This document shows, piece by piece, positions 17,382-27,849 of a DNA stretch of 64,000 nt. Origin of the DNA: Longimicrobiales bacterium (GTDB taxonomy: Bacteria > Gemmatimonadota > Gemmatimonadetes > Longimicrobiales > RSA9); the NCBI GenBank assembly GCA_035512635.1, contig DATKDR010000098.1, forward strand, positions 26,273 through 90,272. Direction: 5' to 3'. The position numbers and the translations under genes were made by a program. Position 1 is the stretch's first letter; each line of letters starts with the position of its first letter. The notes below the pieces were generated by a model that did no database searches, was not told the DNA's origin, and saw only the letters and a program-made list of their open reading frames with translations.

Positions 17382-18722
17382 CTACAGCTGTTCGAAGAAG
17401 TAGACGATCGAAGCGACGACCTCGCTGCGCTGCTCGCCCATGACGCCGGCCGCCTCGAGCTGGAGCCTGCCGAAGAGCACGGTGCCGAGCCCGGCGCTGA
17501 ACTGGAGCGTGGACTCGTTCGGCTCCGTCCCCCAGAGCAGGCGCTCGATCGGGTCGGGCCCCACGTAGAAGGTGTTGGAGGCCGCGATCATGGCGGCGCC
17601 GCCGCGCACGGCGAGCGGCGTGGTGCCGAGGAACAGGATCAGCTCGGCGCCCGCATGGATGTCGACGGCGTCGTTCGCGACGTAGTCCTCGCTGTTCAGG
17701 GTCTCGTCGGGATCGATCGATTCGAGGAACACCGTCTCCGTGTTGTCGGCGAGCTGCGAGTAGCGGTTCACGACGGCCGAGGCGCTCAGGGTGAACAGCT
17801 CGTACGGCCGAACGGCCACACCACCGCCCCACGAGTCCGGCACCTTCACCGTGAACTCGCCCTGGTTGTTGTAGGCGCTCGACGCGGGGAGCAGCTCGCC
17901 CTCCGCGTCCTCGAGACGATACTCCATCCCGCTGAAGCTCGGCCGCAGCTTGTAGACGCCGCCGATCTGGAGCACCGATCCGAACTTCAGCAGGACGCCG
18001 GCATTGGCGAAGGAGCCGCTGCCGCTGCCGTCGACCACCAGGCGGTTCGCCAGGTAGCCGGGCTCGAAGATGGGCACGTCGTAGCGCGGAAAGTCGACCG
18101 TCATGTCGAGCTGCGATGCGCCGCCGGCGACTCCCAGCGACATCAGGGAGCCGAGCCGGAAGGCGAGCGCGCCGCCCACGTTCTGGACGCTCATGTCGAT
18201 GTCCGACGTGTAGGGACGCAGGAACAGCCCGCTGCCGAAGTCGACGCCCGCGCTCGCCACCGTGCTGCGATAGTCGACGAGCTGGTGACCAAAGAAGCCG
18301 ATCACCGCATCGCCGTCGGAAAACGGATAGGCCAGGCTGGCGAACGAGGGCAGCGCCACCTGATTCGCGAACTCGCTCGAGCTGGTGCCGTCCGCCACCG
18401 GCTCCTCGAGCGTGCGCGTGTACTCCAGCGCCTTGTACTCGAACGAGAGCTGCGGGTAGAGCAGCTGCGTCAGCCCGGCCGGGTTCGTCTCGGCCGCCGT
18501 CGCGTCGTCAGCGAGCGGGATGAACGCGCCTCCCATCGCGGCGGAGCGCGCTCCCGGCGGACTGAAGTTGAAACCGAGCTGGGCGAAGTTCTCGGCGTTG
18601 AGCTGCGCGGCCGCGGGAGTCGCGACGGCCATCCCGGCCAGCAGCGCGAACAGCGCCAGCCAAGTGCCGGTCGATGCCGCGCCCATCCCGGGCGCGCGCC
18701 GTGAGATCTGCCTGTTATTCAT
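17382..18722 (-). CDS. outer-membrane beta-barrel, FadL/PorV-like (module gene B1)
   Basis: The ATG at 18722 gives MNNRQISRR.. plus a signal peptide, then AQLNAENFAQLGFNFSPPGARSAAMGGAFIPLADDATAAETNPAGL. Confidence 0.8.
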   Translation of the reverse strand: MNNRQISRRAPGMGAASTGTWLALFALLAGMAVATPAAAQLNAENFAQLGFNFSPPGARSAAMGGAFIPLADDATAAETNPAGLTQLLYPQLSFEYKALEYTRTLEEPVADGTSSSEFANQVALPSFASLAYPFSDGDAVIGFFGHQLVDYRSTVASAGVDFGSGLFLRPYTSDIDMSVQNVGGALAFRLGSLMSLGVAGGASQLDMTVDFPRYDVPIFEPGYLANRLVVDGSGSGSFANAGVLLKFGSVLQIGGVYKLRPSFSGMEYRLEDAEGELLPASSAYNNQGEFTVKVPDSWGGGVAVRPYELFTLSASAVVNRYSQLADNTETVFLESIDPDETLNSEDYVANDAVDIHAGAELILFLGTTPLAVRGGAAMIAASNTFYVGPDPIERLLWGTEPNESTLQFSAGLGTVLFGRLQLEAAGVMGEQRSEVVASIVYFFEQL

Positions 18723-18729
18723 CTCGTCC

Positions 18730-20265
18730 TCACTGGACCGACAGCTGATAGGCACCGGTTTCACCCTGCGTGAAGGTCGTGACCCACACGACATAGGTTC
18801 CCGGCGCAAACGACCTTGAAATCTGCGCGTTCATGCCACCGCCGCTGTCATCGTCTTCGGCAAGATAGTTATAGGGATCCGAGGGATCCGAATTGACGTC
18901 GTCGGTGATGACGAGATAGGCGTCGAAGGCGGTACTCGTGAGTGTGATCGTCACAACCGTCTCGGACGCGAGCGCCAGCTCGTAGCCCTCGTAGTAGTAG
19001 CCGTCACCGGGCGCGCAATCGGTCGATTCCAGCGTGCCCGTCGTCGTTTGCCCGACCGCGATCGGCGTCCACGTGAGACAGGGATCGACCGAGCCGCCGC
19101 CGAGCGACGTCACCGACAGCGCGTACGAGCCCGTCTCGCCGGCTGCGAAGGAGTTGGCGTAGATCGTGTACGTGCCAGCCATCAGCCGCACCTCGATGCG
19201 CGAGTCGGTGCCGGTGCCGAAATCGTCGTTCTCCGCCACCACCGAGCCGGTCCCATCGGCCAGGATCAGGTAGGTATCGAACTCCACGCTCGACATGTCG
19301 ATTGCGATCGAATCGTCGCTGGCGAGGTCCAGCGTCCAGAAGTCGTAGTAGCTGCCGTCCCCGAACTGGCAGTCTCCCGCGCCCAGCGTTCCGGAGCCCG
19401 AGCCGCCCGGCGTCAGCGTGCCGGCGAGCGTGCACGCGTTCGTCGCCGCGGTCGCGGACAGCACGTAGTCGCCTTCGCCCCCGCCGTACGTCGTCACCAG
19501 GACCCGGTAGGTTCCCGCCTGCAGATCCTGCACGATCAGGGAGTTCAGGTTGCCGCCGCTGTCATCGTCGCGCGCGATCTCGGCGCCGGTCGACGTCTGC
19601 AGGATCAGATAGGTGTCGAGCGTCTCGCTGCTGAGGGCGAGCGCGACGCTCTGGGCCGCATCGAGCGTCAGCGTCCAGGACTCGCAGCTCACGCCTGCGT
19701 CGAGTGAGCCGCTGCGGGACTCACCGAACGACATGGTCCCTGCGGAGGGTATGGTGGCACTTCCGGTCAACGGGTAGGTCTCGGTGTCGCGGTACGCCGT
19801 GTTCGCTGCCGGATCCATGATCGCGAGCAGACGGATCACGTCGTACGTCTCGCAGCGCGGTGCCATGGAAGGAACCGTGAAGCTGCCGGTGAACGAGAGG
19901 GAGCCCTCCGACCCGCTCACGGTGACGACGCTGTCGACCGCGTCGCCCAGCCAGCTCCAGCCGACGTCCGGCACACTGTCCCACATCTCGACGTAGAACC
20001 CCAGCAGCACGTCGCCAGAGGCCGCGACGTCCTCCGCGCTCCGCTGATAGAGCACGTCGACGTCGTACGTGACGTTCTGTCCGCGGCTGAGCGACACGCC
20101 CGGCTCCGGGCGCAGCGTCGACTCGTCGATAGTGACGGTGGAATAGCGGATCTCGTCGAGCTCGGTCGGCAGCGTCGGCTCCTCACAGGCGGCCGCCACG
20201 ACGAGCGCCGCACACAGGCCGAGGCCACGCGCCCGACGGGCACCGTGCCGGAAACCTTTGTTCAC
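18730..20265 (-). CDS. lipoprotein with three PPC (pre-peptidase C-terminal) domains (module gene A1)
   Basis: GTG at 20265, 7 nt after AAGGAG. Lipobox VVAAAC. Three repeats of the pattern D(T/A)YL(I/V)..G..A.(D/N)DD.G...S.I...L.(A/P)GTY.(V/I)..T...(G/A)E(G/T)G.Y.LS(A/V). Confidence 0.8.
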   Translation of the reverse strand: MNKGFRHGARRARGLGLCAALVVAAACEEPTLPTELDEIRYSTVTIDESTLRPEPGVSLSRGQNVTYDVDVLYQRSAEDVAASGDVLLGFYVEMWDSVPDVGWSWLGDAVDSVVTVSGSEGSLSFTGSFTVPSMAPRCETYDVIRLLAIMDPAANTAYRDTETYPLTGSATIPSAGTMSFGESRSGSLDAGVSCESWTLTLDAAQSVALALSSETLDTYLILQTSTGAEIARDDDSGGNLNSLIVQDLQAGTYRVLVTTYGGGEGDYVLSATAATNACTLAGTLTPGGSGSGTLGAGDCQFGDGSYYDFWTLDLASDDSIAIDMSSVEFDTYLILADGTGSVVAENDDFGTGTDSRIEVRLMAGTYTIYANSFAAGETGSYALSVTSLGGGSVDPCLTWTPIAVGQTTTGTLESTDCAPGDGYYYEGYELALASETVVTITLTSTAFDAYLVITDDVNSDPSDPYNYLAEDDDSGGGMNAQISRSFAPGTYVVWVTTFTQGETGAYQLSVQ

Positions 20266-20334
20266 GATCGGACTCCTTGGATCCCGTGAGTCGTCGCCGC
20301 TCCGGCCTCGGGGGACGCAGCACGGAGCAGCACG

Positions 20335-20352
20335 ATCGCACACGTGTGCGAT
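20335..20352. promoter_or_regulatory. perfect 18-bp palindrome ATCGCACACGTGTGCGAT (candidate operator or 5'-UTR hairpin)
   Basis: Read directly from the sequence. It lies ~70 nt upstream of the A1 start, inside the 370-nt leader region of the caspase locus. Confidence 0.45.
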
Positions 20353-20455
20353 GCAGTGATGGCCCTCTGCTCCGAGGAAAGTGCGGCTGGTAATGAATGC
20401 GAGAAACGATGAATTGCGCGCGCTTGCCGCGGGGGAGGACGCGGCGACGCCCCAT

Positions 20456-20484
20456 AGAATAAGGCCCTGCCGCCGGTTCGCCAA
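20456..20484 (-). promoter_or_regulatory. candidate sigma70-type promoter for the 20.3-11.0 kb locus
   Basis: Minus strand TTGGCG (20479-20484), 17-nt spacer, TATTCT (20456-20461). Consensus-like, but there is no experimental support. Confidence 0.3.
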
Positions 20485-20498
20485 GACTGTTCGAAACA

Positions 20499-20631
20499 CG
20501 GATCCCGGATCCGGGATTCGGCTCTCGGTAGATCGTATCCGGTAGCCGGTATGCAGTATCCGGTAGACGGTATTCGGTATCCGGTAGCCGGTATTCGGTA
20601 TCCGGAATCCCGAATCCGGAATCCGGAATCC
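20499..20631. repeat. heptamer array H4 (19 units: CGGATCC / GGTATCC / GGTAGCC / GGAATCC variants)
   Basis: Parsed in a single 7-nt register from 20499 to 20631. It ends 4 nt from the EF-G-paralog stop codon (20636-20638). Confidence 0.9.
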
Positions 20632-20635
20632 GCCC

Positions 20636-22738
20636 CTACGCCGAGATCTCGACCTCTTCCCGGTCCGCGGACGCGGCCACCTTCGCCGCGACGGCAGCCG
20701 GCGCCTCCTCGTAGCCGTGCAGCTTGCGGTGGTGCGCGGCGCGGCCCTGCGTGAGCGAGCGGAGCGTGGTGGCGTACTTGTACAGCTCCGCCTCGGGCAC
20801 GAGCGCGCGGATCGTCGTCTTGCGGCCTTCGGCGTCCAGACCGAGGATGCGGCCGCGGCGCTGGTTCAGATCGCCCATCACGTCGCCCAGGTACTCCTCG
20901 GGCGTGACGACCTCGACGTCCATCACCGGCTCGAGCAGGACCGGCCCCGCCTCGGCCGCGACCTTCTTGAACCCGATCGAAGCGGCGATCTGGAAGGCGA
21001 TGTCGCTCGAGTCGACGGTGTGGTAACTGCCGTCGTAGACCTCGCACTCGAAGTCGACCATGGGGAAGCCGGCGACGATGCCCTTCTGCGCCGCCTGCTG
21101 CACCCCCTTGTCGACGGACGGGATGAACTTGTTGGGGATGACGCCGCCGGCGATGGCGTCGGTGAACTCGTAGCCGGCGCCGCGCGGGCGCGGCTTGAGG
21201 CGGATCCAGCAGTCGCCGAACTGGCCGCGGCCGCCCGTCTGCTTCTTGTAGCGGCCCTGCCCTTCCGCGGTCTTCCTGATCGTCTCGCGGTAGCGGATGC
21301 GCGGCTGCTCGGTCTCGACGCCCACACCGAACTTCCGCTTGAGCCGCTCGAGCTGCACGTCGAGGTGCAGCTCGCCGAGACCGCGCACGATGGTCTGCCG
21401 CAGCTCGCCGTCGTAGGCGAAGTGGAAGGTCGGATCCTCCTCGTGCAGCTTGTGCAGCCCGGTGCCGATCTTGTCCTCGTCGCTGCGGCTCGCGCCGTGG
21501 ATCGCGAGCGAGATGTCGGGATCCGGGAAATCGATGCCCTCGAGGATGAGCGGCTTCGCCTTCGCGCAGATGGTGTCGTTCGTGTGCGTGTCGCGCAGCT
21601 TCGCGACGACGCCGATGTCGCCCGCGTGCAACGCTTCGACCTCGACACGCTCCTTGCCGAGCGGCACCGACAGGTGAGCCAGCTTCTCGATGATGTCGTG
21701 CTTCGGGTTCGCCACTTCCTCGCCGTTCTTCACTCTGCCGGAGAAGACGCGGAAGTACGACAGCTCACCCACGTGCGGCTCGGTCGCCGTCTTGAACACG
21801 AGCGCCGCGAACGGCTCGCCGTCCGCACACGCCAGCTCCAGGCGCTCACCGGTGCCCGCGCGCTGCGCGATCTGGCGCGGCATCTCGTCCGGATGCGGTA
21901 CCAGCTCCACGAGCTTGGACAGCAGCGCGCGCGTGCCCCAGGTCTTCTCCGGCGCGCCGCAGAACAGCGGGAACAGCTCGCCGCGCTTCATGCCCGCCTT
22001 CATCGCGGCGATCGCCTCCTCGCGCGTGATCTCCTGCCCCTCGAGGTAGTGCTCGAGCAGCGTATCGTCCGTCGTCGCAATCGACTCGAGCAGCTCCTGC
22101 CGCCATTTCTCGAGCTGCGGACGATACTCCTCGGGGACCTCCTCTTCACGGTACTCGCCCGCGGTGTTCGGCTCGTACAGGTGCGCGCGGCCGCTGAACA
22201 GGTTGATGATGCCGTGAAAGCCGTCGCCCGAACCGACCGGGATCTCGACCGGAATCACTTTCTCGGTCAGGTGGGTCTTGATCTCCTCGTAGACCTTCTC
22301 GAAATCGGCGTGCTCGCGGTCCATGCCCGAAACGAAAAAGAGCCTGGGGACTGCGCGGTTCGAGCAGTACTCCCAGACTCTTTCAGTGCCGACCTCGACG
22401 CCCGTCGTGGCGCCGAGGACGAGGACAGCCCCGTCGGCGACCCTCGTCGCGGACAGCACCTCCCCCGCGAAATCCTGGTACCCGGGCGTGTCGAGCAGGT
22501 TGATCTTCGTCTCCTTCCACTCCGCGTATGCGGGCGAGGCCTGGAGCGAGATGCCGTGGGCGAGCTCCTCCGCGGTGTGCATCGTCAGCGTGTTGCCTTC
22601 CTTGACGCTGCCGTGGCGCCGCGCGGTGCCCGAAACGAAGCAGAGCGCCTCGACCAGACTCGTCTTGCCGGAGCCGCCGTGCCCCAGCACGACGACGTTG
22701 CGGATGCGCTCGGTGGGATAGACGCGGGCAGATGACAT
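20636..22738 (-). CDS. elongation factor G-like translational GTPase (paralog)
   Basis: ATG at 22738 after GGGAGAG. G-domain motifs VVLGHGGSGKTS, DTPGYQDF and a five-domain EF-G-like length (700 aa). Not in a str-operon context. Confidence 0.85.
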   Translation of the reverse strand: MSSARVYPTERIRNVVVLGHGGSGKTSLVEALCFVSGTARRHGSVKEGNTLTMHTAEELAHGISLQASPAYAEWKETKINLLDTPGYQDFAGEVLSATRVADGAVLVLGATTGVEVGTERVWEYCSNRAVPRLFFVSGMDREHADFEKVYEEIKTHLTEKVIPVEIPVGSGDGFHGIINLFSGRAHLYEPNTAGEYREEEVPEEYRPQLEKWRQELLESIATTDDTLLEHYLEGQEITREEAIAAMKAGMKRGELFPLFCGAPEKTWGTRALLSKLVELVPHPDEMPRQIAQRAGTGERLELACADGEPFAALVFKTATEPHVGELSYFRVFSGRVKNGEEVANPKHDIIEKLAHLSVPLGKERVEVEALHAGDIGVVAKLRDTHTNDTICAKAKPLILEGIDFPDPDISLAIHGASRSDEDKIGTGLHKLHEEDPTFHFAYDGELRQTIVRGLGELHLDVQLERLKRKFGVGVETEQPRIRYRETIRKTAEGQGRYKKQTGGRGQFGDCWIRLKPRPRGAGYEFTDAIAGGVIPNKFIPSVDKGVQQAAQKGIVAGFPMVDFECEVYDGSYHTVDSSDIAFQIAASIGFKKVAAEAGPVLLEPVMDVEVVTPEEYLGDVMGDLNQRRGRILGLDAEGRKTTIRALVPEAELYKYATTLRSLTQGRAAHHRKLHGYEEAPAAVAAKVAASADREEVEISA

Positions 22739-22936
22739 CGCTTCTCTCCCTGCGGGGTGCGTGTGGGGTGCGGGGATCCGCATCGTAAACCACCGCACTA
22801 TCGGGGGTCAAGGCGGCGCAAAACCCCTGTGCGAGTGCGTGTGCATGTGCCTCCTCCGGAGTCTCTTTTAGTGCCGGACGAAGCCGACTCGCGCGTCGGT
22901 CGAACGATCGACGCGGATTGCCAGCTCATCGCATGC

Positions 22937-23380
22937 CTATTTCGCGCGCAGCATGTCGAGCGCTTTCTCCACGCGCCGCGCGCGCGTCTCCGGCTTCTTC
23001 GCCTCCTCGATCGCGCGCACGTGCTCCTTGCGGTGCGTGTAGGCGAGGCGATCGAAGCGGTCGCGCAGTCCCGCCGCGTCCAGCGCGGAGGCGAGGTCGG
23101 GCGGCACCTCGACCGTACGCTCGGCGGCGTCCTCCACCGGCGTGACCTCGACCGTCTGACCCGCCGCGGTGTTCGCCGCCTCCCGATGCTCGCGCGCGAG
23201 CGGGATCAGGAATCGTCCGCTCATCTTCGCGATCGTCGTGCGGTACTCGTAACCGTTCACCGTCGCGCGCACCGGCACCCGCGTCCTGCCCCACACCTCC
23301 GTCGGATCGAAGGGCAGCACGATGCCCGTCGCATCCATGCCCGGCGCCTTCTCGACCTTCGCCGTGAACGTCCTGCTCAT
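22937..23380 (-). CDS. DUF1905 / YdeI-type protein
   Basis: GRTRVPVRATVNGYEYRTTIAKMSGRFLIPL (DUF1905), followed by a C-terminal YdeI-like helix region RKEHVRAIEEAKKPETR. Confidence 0.7.
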   Translation of the reverse strand: MSRTFTAKVEKAPGMDATGIVLPFDPTEVWGRTRVPVRATVNGYEYRTTIAKMSGRFLIPLAREHREAANTAAGQTVEVTPVEDAAERTVEVPPDLASALDAAGLRDRFDRLAYTHRKEHVRAIEEAKKPETRARRVEKALDMLRAK

Positions 23381-23449
23381 GCTGCACCTCCGGTCGCCGG
23401 CTGGCCCATGAGTTGCGCGCGGCGTGGGAACTCGAACGGGAGGGACGAC

Positions 23450-23704
23450 ATGGATCTGCTTACCTGGCTGGTCGTCGGGCTGGTGGCGGGCGTTCTCGCT
23501 GCGCTACTCGTCGGCGGGGTCGGTCTCGTCGGTGACATCATCGTCGGCATCGTCGGCGCGTTCGTCGGTGGCTGGATTTTCAATGCACTCGGCGTGAGTG
23601 CGCCCTTTGGCGGGCTGGCCGGGACGATCTTCACCGCCTTCATCGGCGCGGTCGTACTCCTGTTCGTGCTGCACCTGATCATGCGATCGCGTCGCCGAGT
23701 CTGA
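23450..23704 (+). CDS. GlsB/YeaQ/YmgE (transglycosylase-associated) small membrane protein
   Basis: 84 aa. WLVVGLVAGVLA..GDIIVGIVGAFVGGWIF..GTIFTAFIGAVVLL is typical of the family. Confidence 0.8.
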   Translation: MDLLTWLVVGLVAGVLAALLVGGVGLVGDIIVGIVGAFVGGWIFNALGVSAPFGGLAGTIFTAFIGAVVLLFVLHLIMRSRRRV

Positions 23705-23723
23705 GAGGGAGGAGCGCGCGCGC

Positions 23724-24596
23724 CTAGTTGCTGCGGTACCGCCGGCTCACGTCGTCCAGCAGCTTGCGCTCGGATTCCGACAGGCTCGCGATGCCCTGCT
23801 TGCTGATCTTGTCGAGCACCCGGTCGACCTCGTCGAGCAGACGCTCCTCGTCCGGCCGCGGCGCGCGCGGCTGCGGACGCCCCTGCGGCTTATCGGCTGC
23901 TCCGCCGCTCGCGATCGTGAAATTCCGCCGGCCCATGCGTCGGCGCAGCCCGCCCAGCCCGCCGCCGCCGCTCTTCGGCTTGCCGGATGCGCGCGACTTC
24001 CACTCGTTCAGGTGGCGCGGCTGCCACCACTTCACGTAGAGCAGCGCCACCGCGGCACCGCCCAGGTGCGCGAAATGAGCGATGGGACTGCCGCGCGATG
24101 CGTTGATGGCGCCGTACAGGTCGAGGACGACGAGGATCGTGACCAGGACCTTCGCGGGGACGGGGAAGATGCCCCAGATCCAGATCTTCGCGTCCGGCCA
24201 GTACAGCGCGAAGGCGACCATGATGCCGATGACGGCGGCCGAAGCGCCGACCACGGGATGGGTGAACGCGAACCCGAAGGAAAGCAGTGCGCCGCCGAGG
24301 CCGCAGGCGAGATAGAAGCGGATGAACGCGTCGGAGCCGAGGCGTCCTTCGATCGGCGGACCGAAGAAGAACAGCATGATCATGTTTATGAGCAGGTGCA
24401 TGAACCCGCCGTGAACGAACATGTAGGTGAAGGGCGTCCAGGGCCGCAGAATCACGGCGCGGGGCACGAGGGCGAGGTACGCGGCGACGATGGGCAGCAG
24501 CGCGGTCAGGAGGAACACCGCGGCGTTCGCGATGAGCAGCCGCTTGACCCATGGCGTCAGCATGCCGCCGAAGCCGAACCCGCCGCGGTAGGCCAT
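23724..24596 (-). CDS. rhomboid family intramembrane serine protease
   Basis: Multi-TM protein with HGGFMHLLINM, GASAAVIGI (catalytic Ser) and HFAHLGGA (His), plus a basic C-terminal extension. Confidence 0.85.
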   Translation of the reverse strand: MAYRGGFGFGGMLTPWVKRLLIANAAVFLLTALLPIVAAYLALVPRAVILRPWTPFTYMFVHGGFMHLLINMIMLFFFGPPIEGRLGSDAFIRFYLACGLGGALLSFGFAFTHPVVGASAAVIGIMVAFALYWPDAKIWIWGIFPVPAKVLVTILVVLDLYGAINASRGSPIAHFAHLGGAAVALLYVKWWQPRHLNEWKSRASGKPKSGGGGLGGLRRRMGRRNFTIASGGAADKPQGRPQPRAPRPDEERLLDEVDRVLDKISKQGIASLSESERKLLDDVSRRYRSN

Positions 24597-24600
24597 GCGC

Positions 24601-26369
<1,769 letters not shown>

Positions 26370-26380
26370 GACGCGTGGCG

Positions 26381-27442
26381 TCACAGTATCGAGGCAAAGC
26401 CGTTCGCCCGCAGCCACGCGTCGTCGTACAGCTTCGACAGGTAACGCTCACCCGTATCGGGCAGGATGCAGACGACGAGCGCATCGGGATCGTCGAGCTC
26501 GCGCGCGACGGTGATCGCGAGGTGCGCGTTCAGGCCGGACGATCCGCCGACGAACATGCCCTCCTCGCGCGTGATGCGGCGCGCGAGGCGGAACGAGTCG
26601 GCGTCGGCGATCGTCCGGTATTCGTCGATCACGTCGAACCACAGCGATGCCGGGATCTTCTCGTTGCCGATGCCCTCGACCAGGTAGGGCGTGCCGGCGA
26701 TCCTCTCGCCGGTGGCCCAGTAGTGCGCGAGCGTGGAGCCCACCGGATCGCCGGCGATGACGCGCACGTCCGGATTGCGCTCCTTCAGGTAGCGGCCCGT
26801 GCCGCTCAGCGTTCCACCGGTGCCCGCCGAAGCGACCAGGTGCGTGACGCGGCCTTCGGTCTGCTCCCAGATCTCGGGACCCGTCGTCGCGTAGTGTGCC
26901 TCGGGATTCGCCTGGTTGTAGAACTGGTTGGCGAAGATCGCGTTCGGCATGGACGCCGCGATCGACTTCGCCTTCATCACGTAGTTCTCCGGATCGTCCG
27001 GCGGCACGGTCGACGGCGTGATCACGACCTCGGCGCCGAACGCGCGCAGCAGCCTCACCTTCTCGTCGCTCATCTTGTCGGGAATCGTGAAGATGCAGCG
27101 ATAGCCGCGCTTCGCCGCCGCGAGCGCGAGGCCGATGCCCGTGTTGCCCGACGTGCCCTCGACGACGGTGCCGCCCGGCCCGATCCGTCCTTCCGCCTCC
27201 GCCGCCGCGATGATCGCCTCGCCGATGCGGTCCTTCACCGAGCCGCCCGGATTCATGAACTCGGCCTTGCCGTACACGGGCGTGCGCACGTCGTCAACGA
27301 CCGAGCGCAGCCGCACCAGCGGCGTCCAGCCGACCGCGTCCGCGATGTCGTCGTACGGACGGCGGTGCGGCGCGTCGGCGCGCACGTGCGCCGGTGCCGC
27401 GCCCGTGCCGGATCCCGCGTAGGGCGACGTTCCCTCGCTCAA
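26381..27442 (-). CDS. PLP-dependent cysteine synthase / cystathionine beta-synthase family
   Basis: FMNPGGSVKDRIG (PLP Lys) and GTSGNTGIGLA. Start uncertain: TTG at 27442 (TTGA overlap, GGGAGCGAGG upstream) or an in-frame GTG about 19 codons downstream (near 27385). Confidence 0.8.
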   Translation of the reverse strand: MSEGTSPYAGSGTGAAPAHVRADAPHRRPYDDIADAVGWTPLVRLRSVVDDVRTPVYGKAEFMNPGGSVKDRIGEAIIAAAEAEGRIGPGGTVVEGTSGNTGIGLALAAAKRGYRCIFTIPDKMSDEKVRLLRAFGAEVVITPSTVPPDDPENYVMKAKSIAASMPNAIFANQFYNQANPEAHYATTGPEIWEQTEGRVTHLVASAGTGGTLSGTGRYLKERNPDVRVIAGDPVGSTLAHYWATGERIAGTPYLVEGIGNEKIPASLWFDVIDEYRTIADADSFRLARRITREEGMFVGGSSGLNAHLAITVARELDDPDALVVCILPDTGERYLSKLYDDAWLRANGFASIL

Positions 27443-27849
27443 AGCCTCGCTCCCTGTGCCCGTGCCTCCGCCTCCGCTTCCGCCTCGAGCTCCGCCTCCG
27501 AGGGCGGGCTCTTCGAGAAGCGGACCGGCAGTCTCACCCACACCTCGACCGGATCCGCGCCCCGGCGTCCGGGTTCGAAGCGCAGCTCGCGCGCGCCCGC
27601 GACCGCGGCGGAGTCCATCGCCTCGTGGCCACTCGTCGAGCGCACGTACACCGAGTCGACGGCGCCCTCCGTCGTCACGTGCACCATGACGACCGCCTGC
27701 CCCTCGACGCCCTCGTCCCACAGCTCGTCGGGGTACACGAACGGCGACGCCTGCTCGACCGGCACCGGCAGCTCGAGCGGCGCGTCCTCGACGGCGCACG
27801 CGCTGGTCGTGAGCGCGGCGACGAGGAACGCCGTGGCCGTTCGCGTCAT
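27439..27849 (-). CDS. TonB C-terminal domain lipoprotein
   Basis: Lipobox LTTSAC. PFVYPDELWDEGVEGQAVVMVHVTTEGAVDSVYV..SGHEAMDSAAV..RFEPG is a TonB_C-like fold pattern. Confidence 0.7.
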   Translation of the reverse strand: MTRTATAFLVAALTTSACAVEDAPLELPVPVEQASPFVYPDELWDEGVEGQAVVMVHVTTEGAVDSVYVRSTSGHEAMDSAAVAGARELRFEPGRRGADPVEVWVRLPVRFSKSPPSEAELEAEAEAEARAQGARL

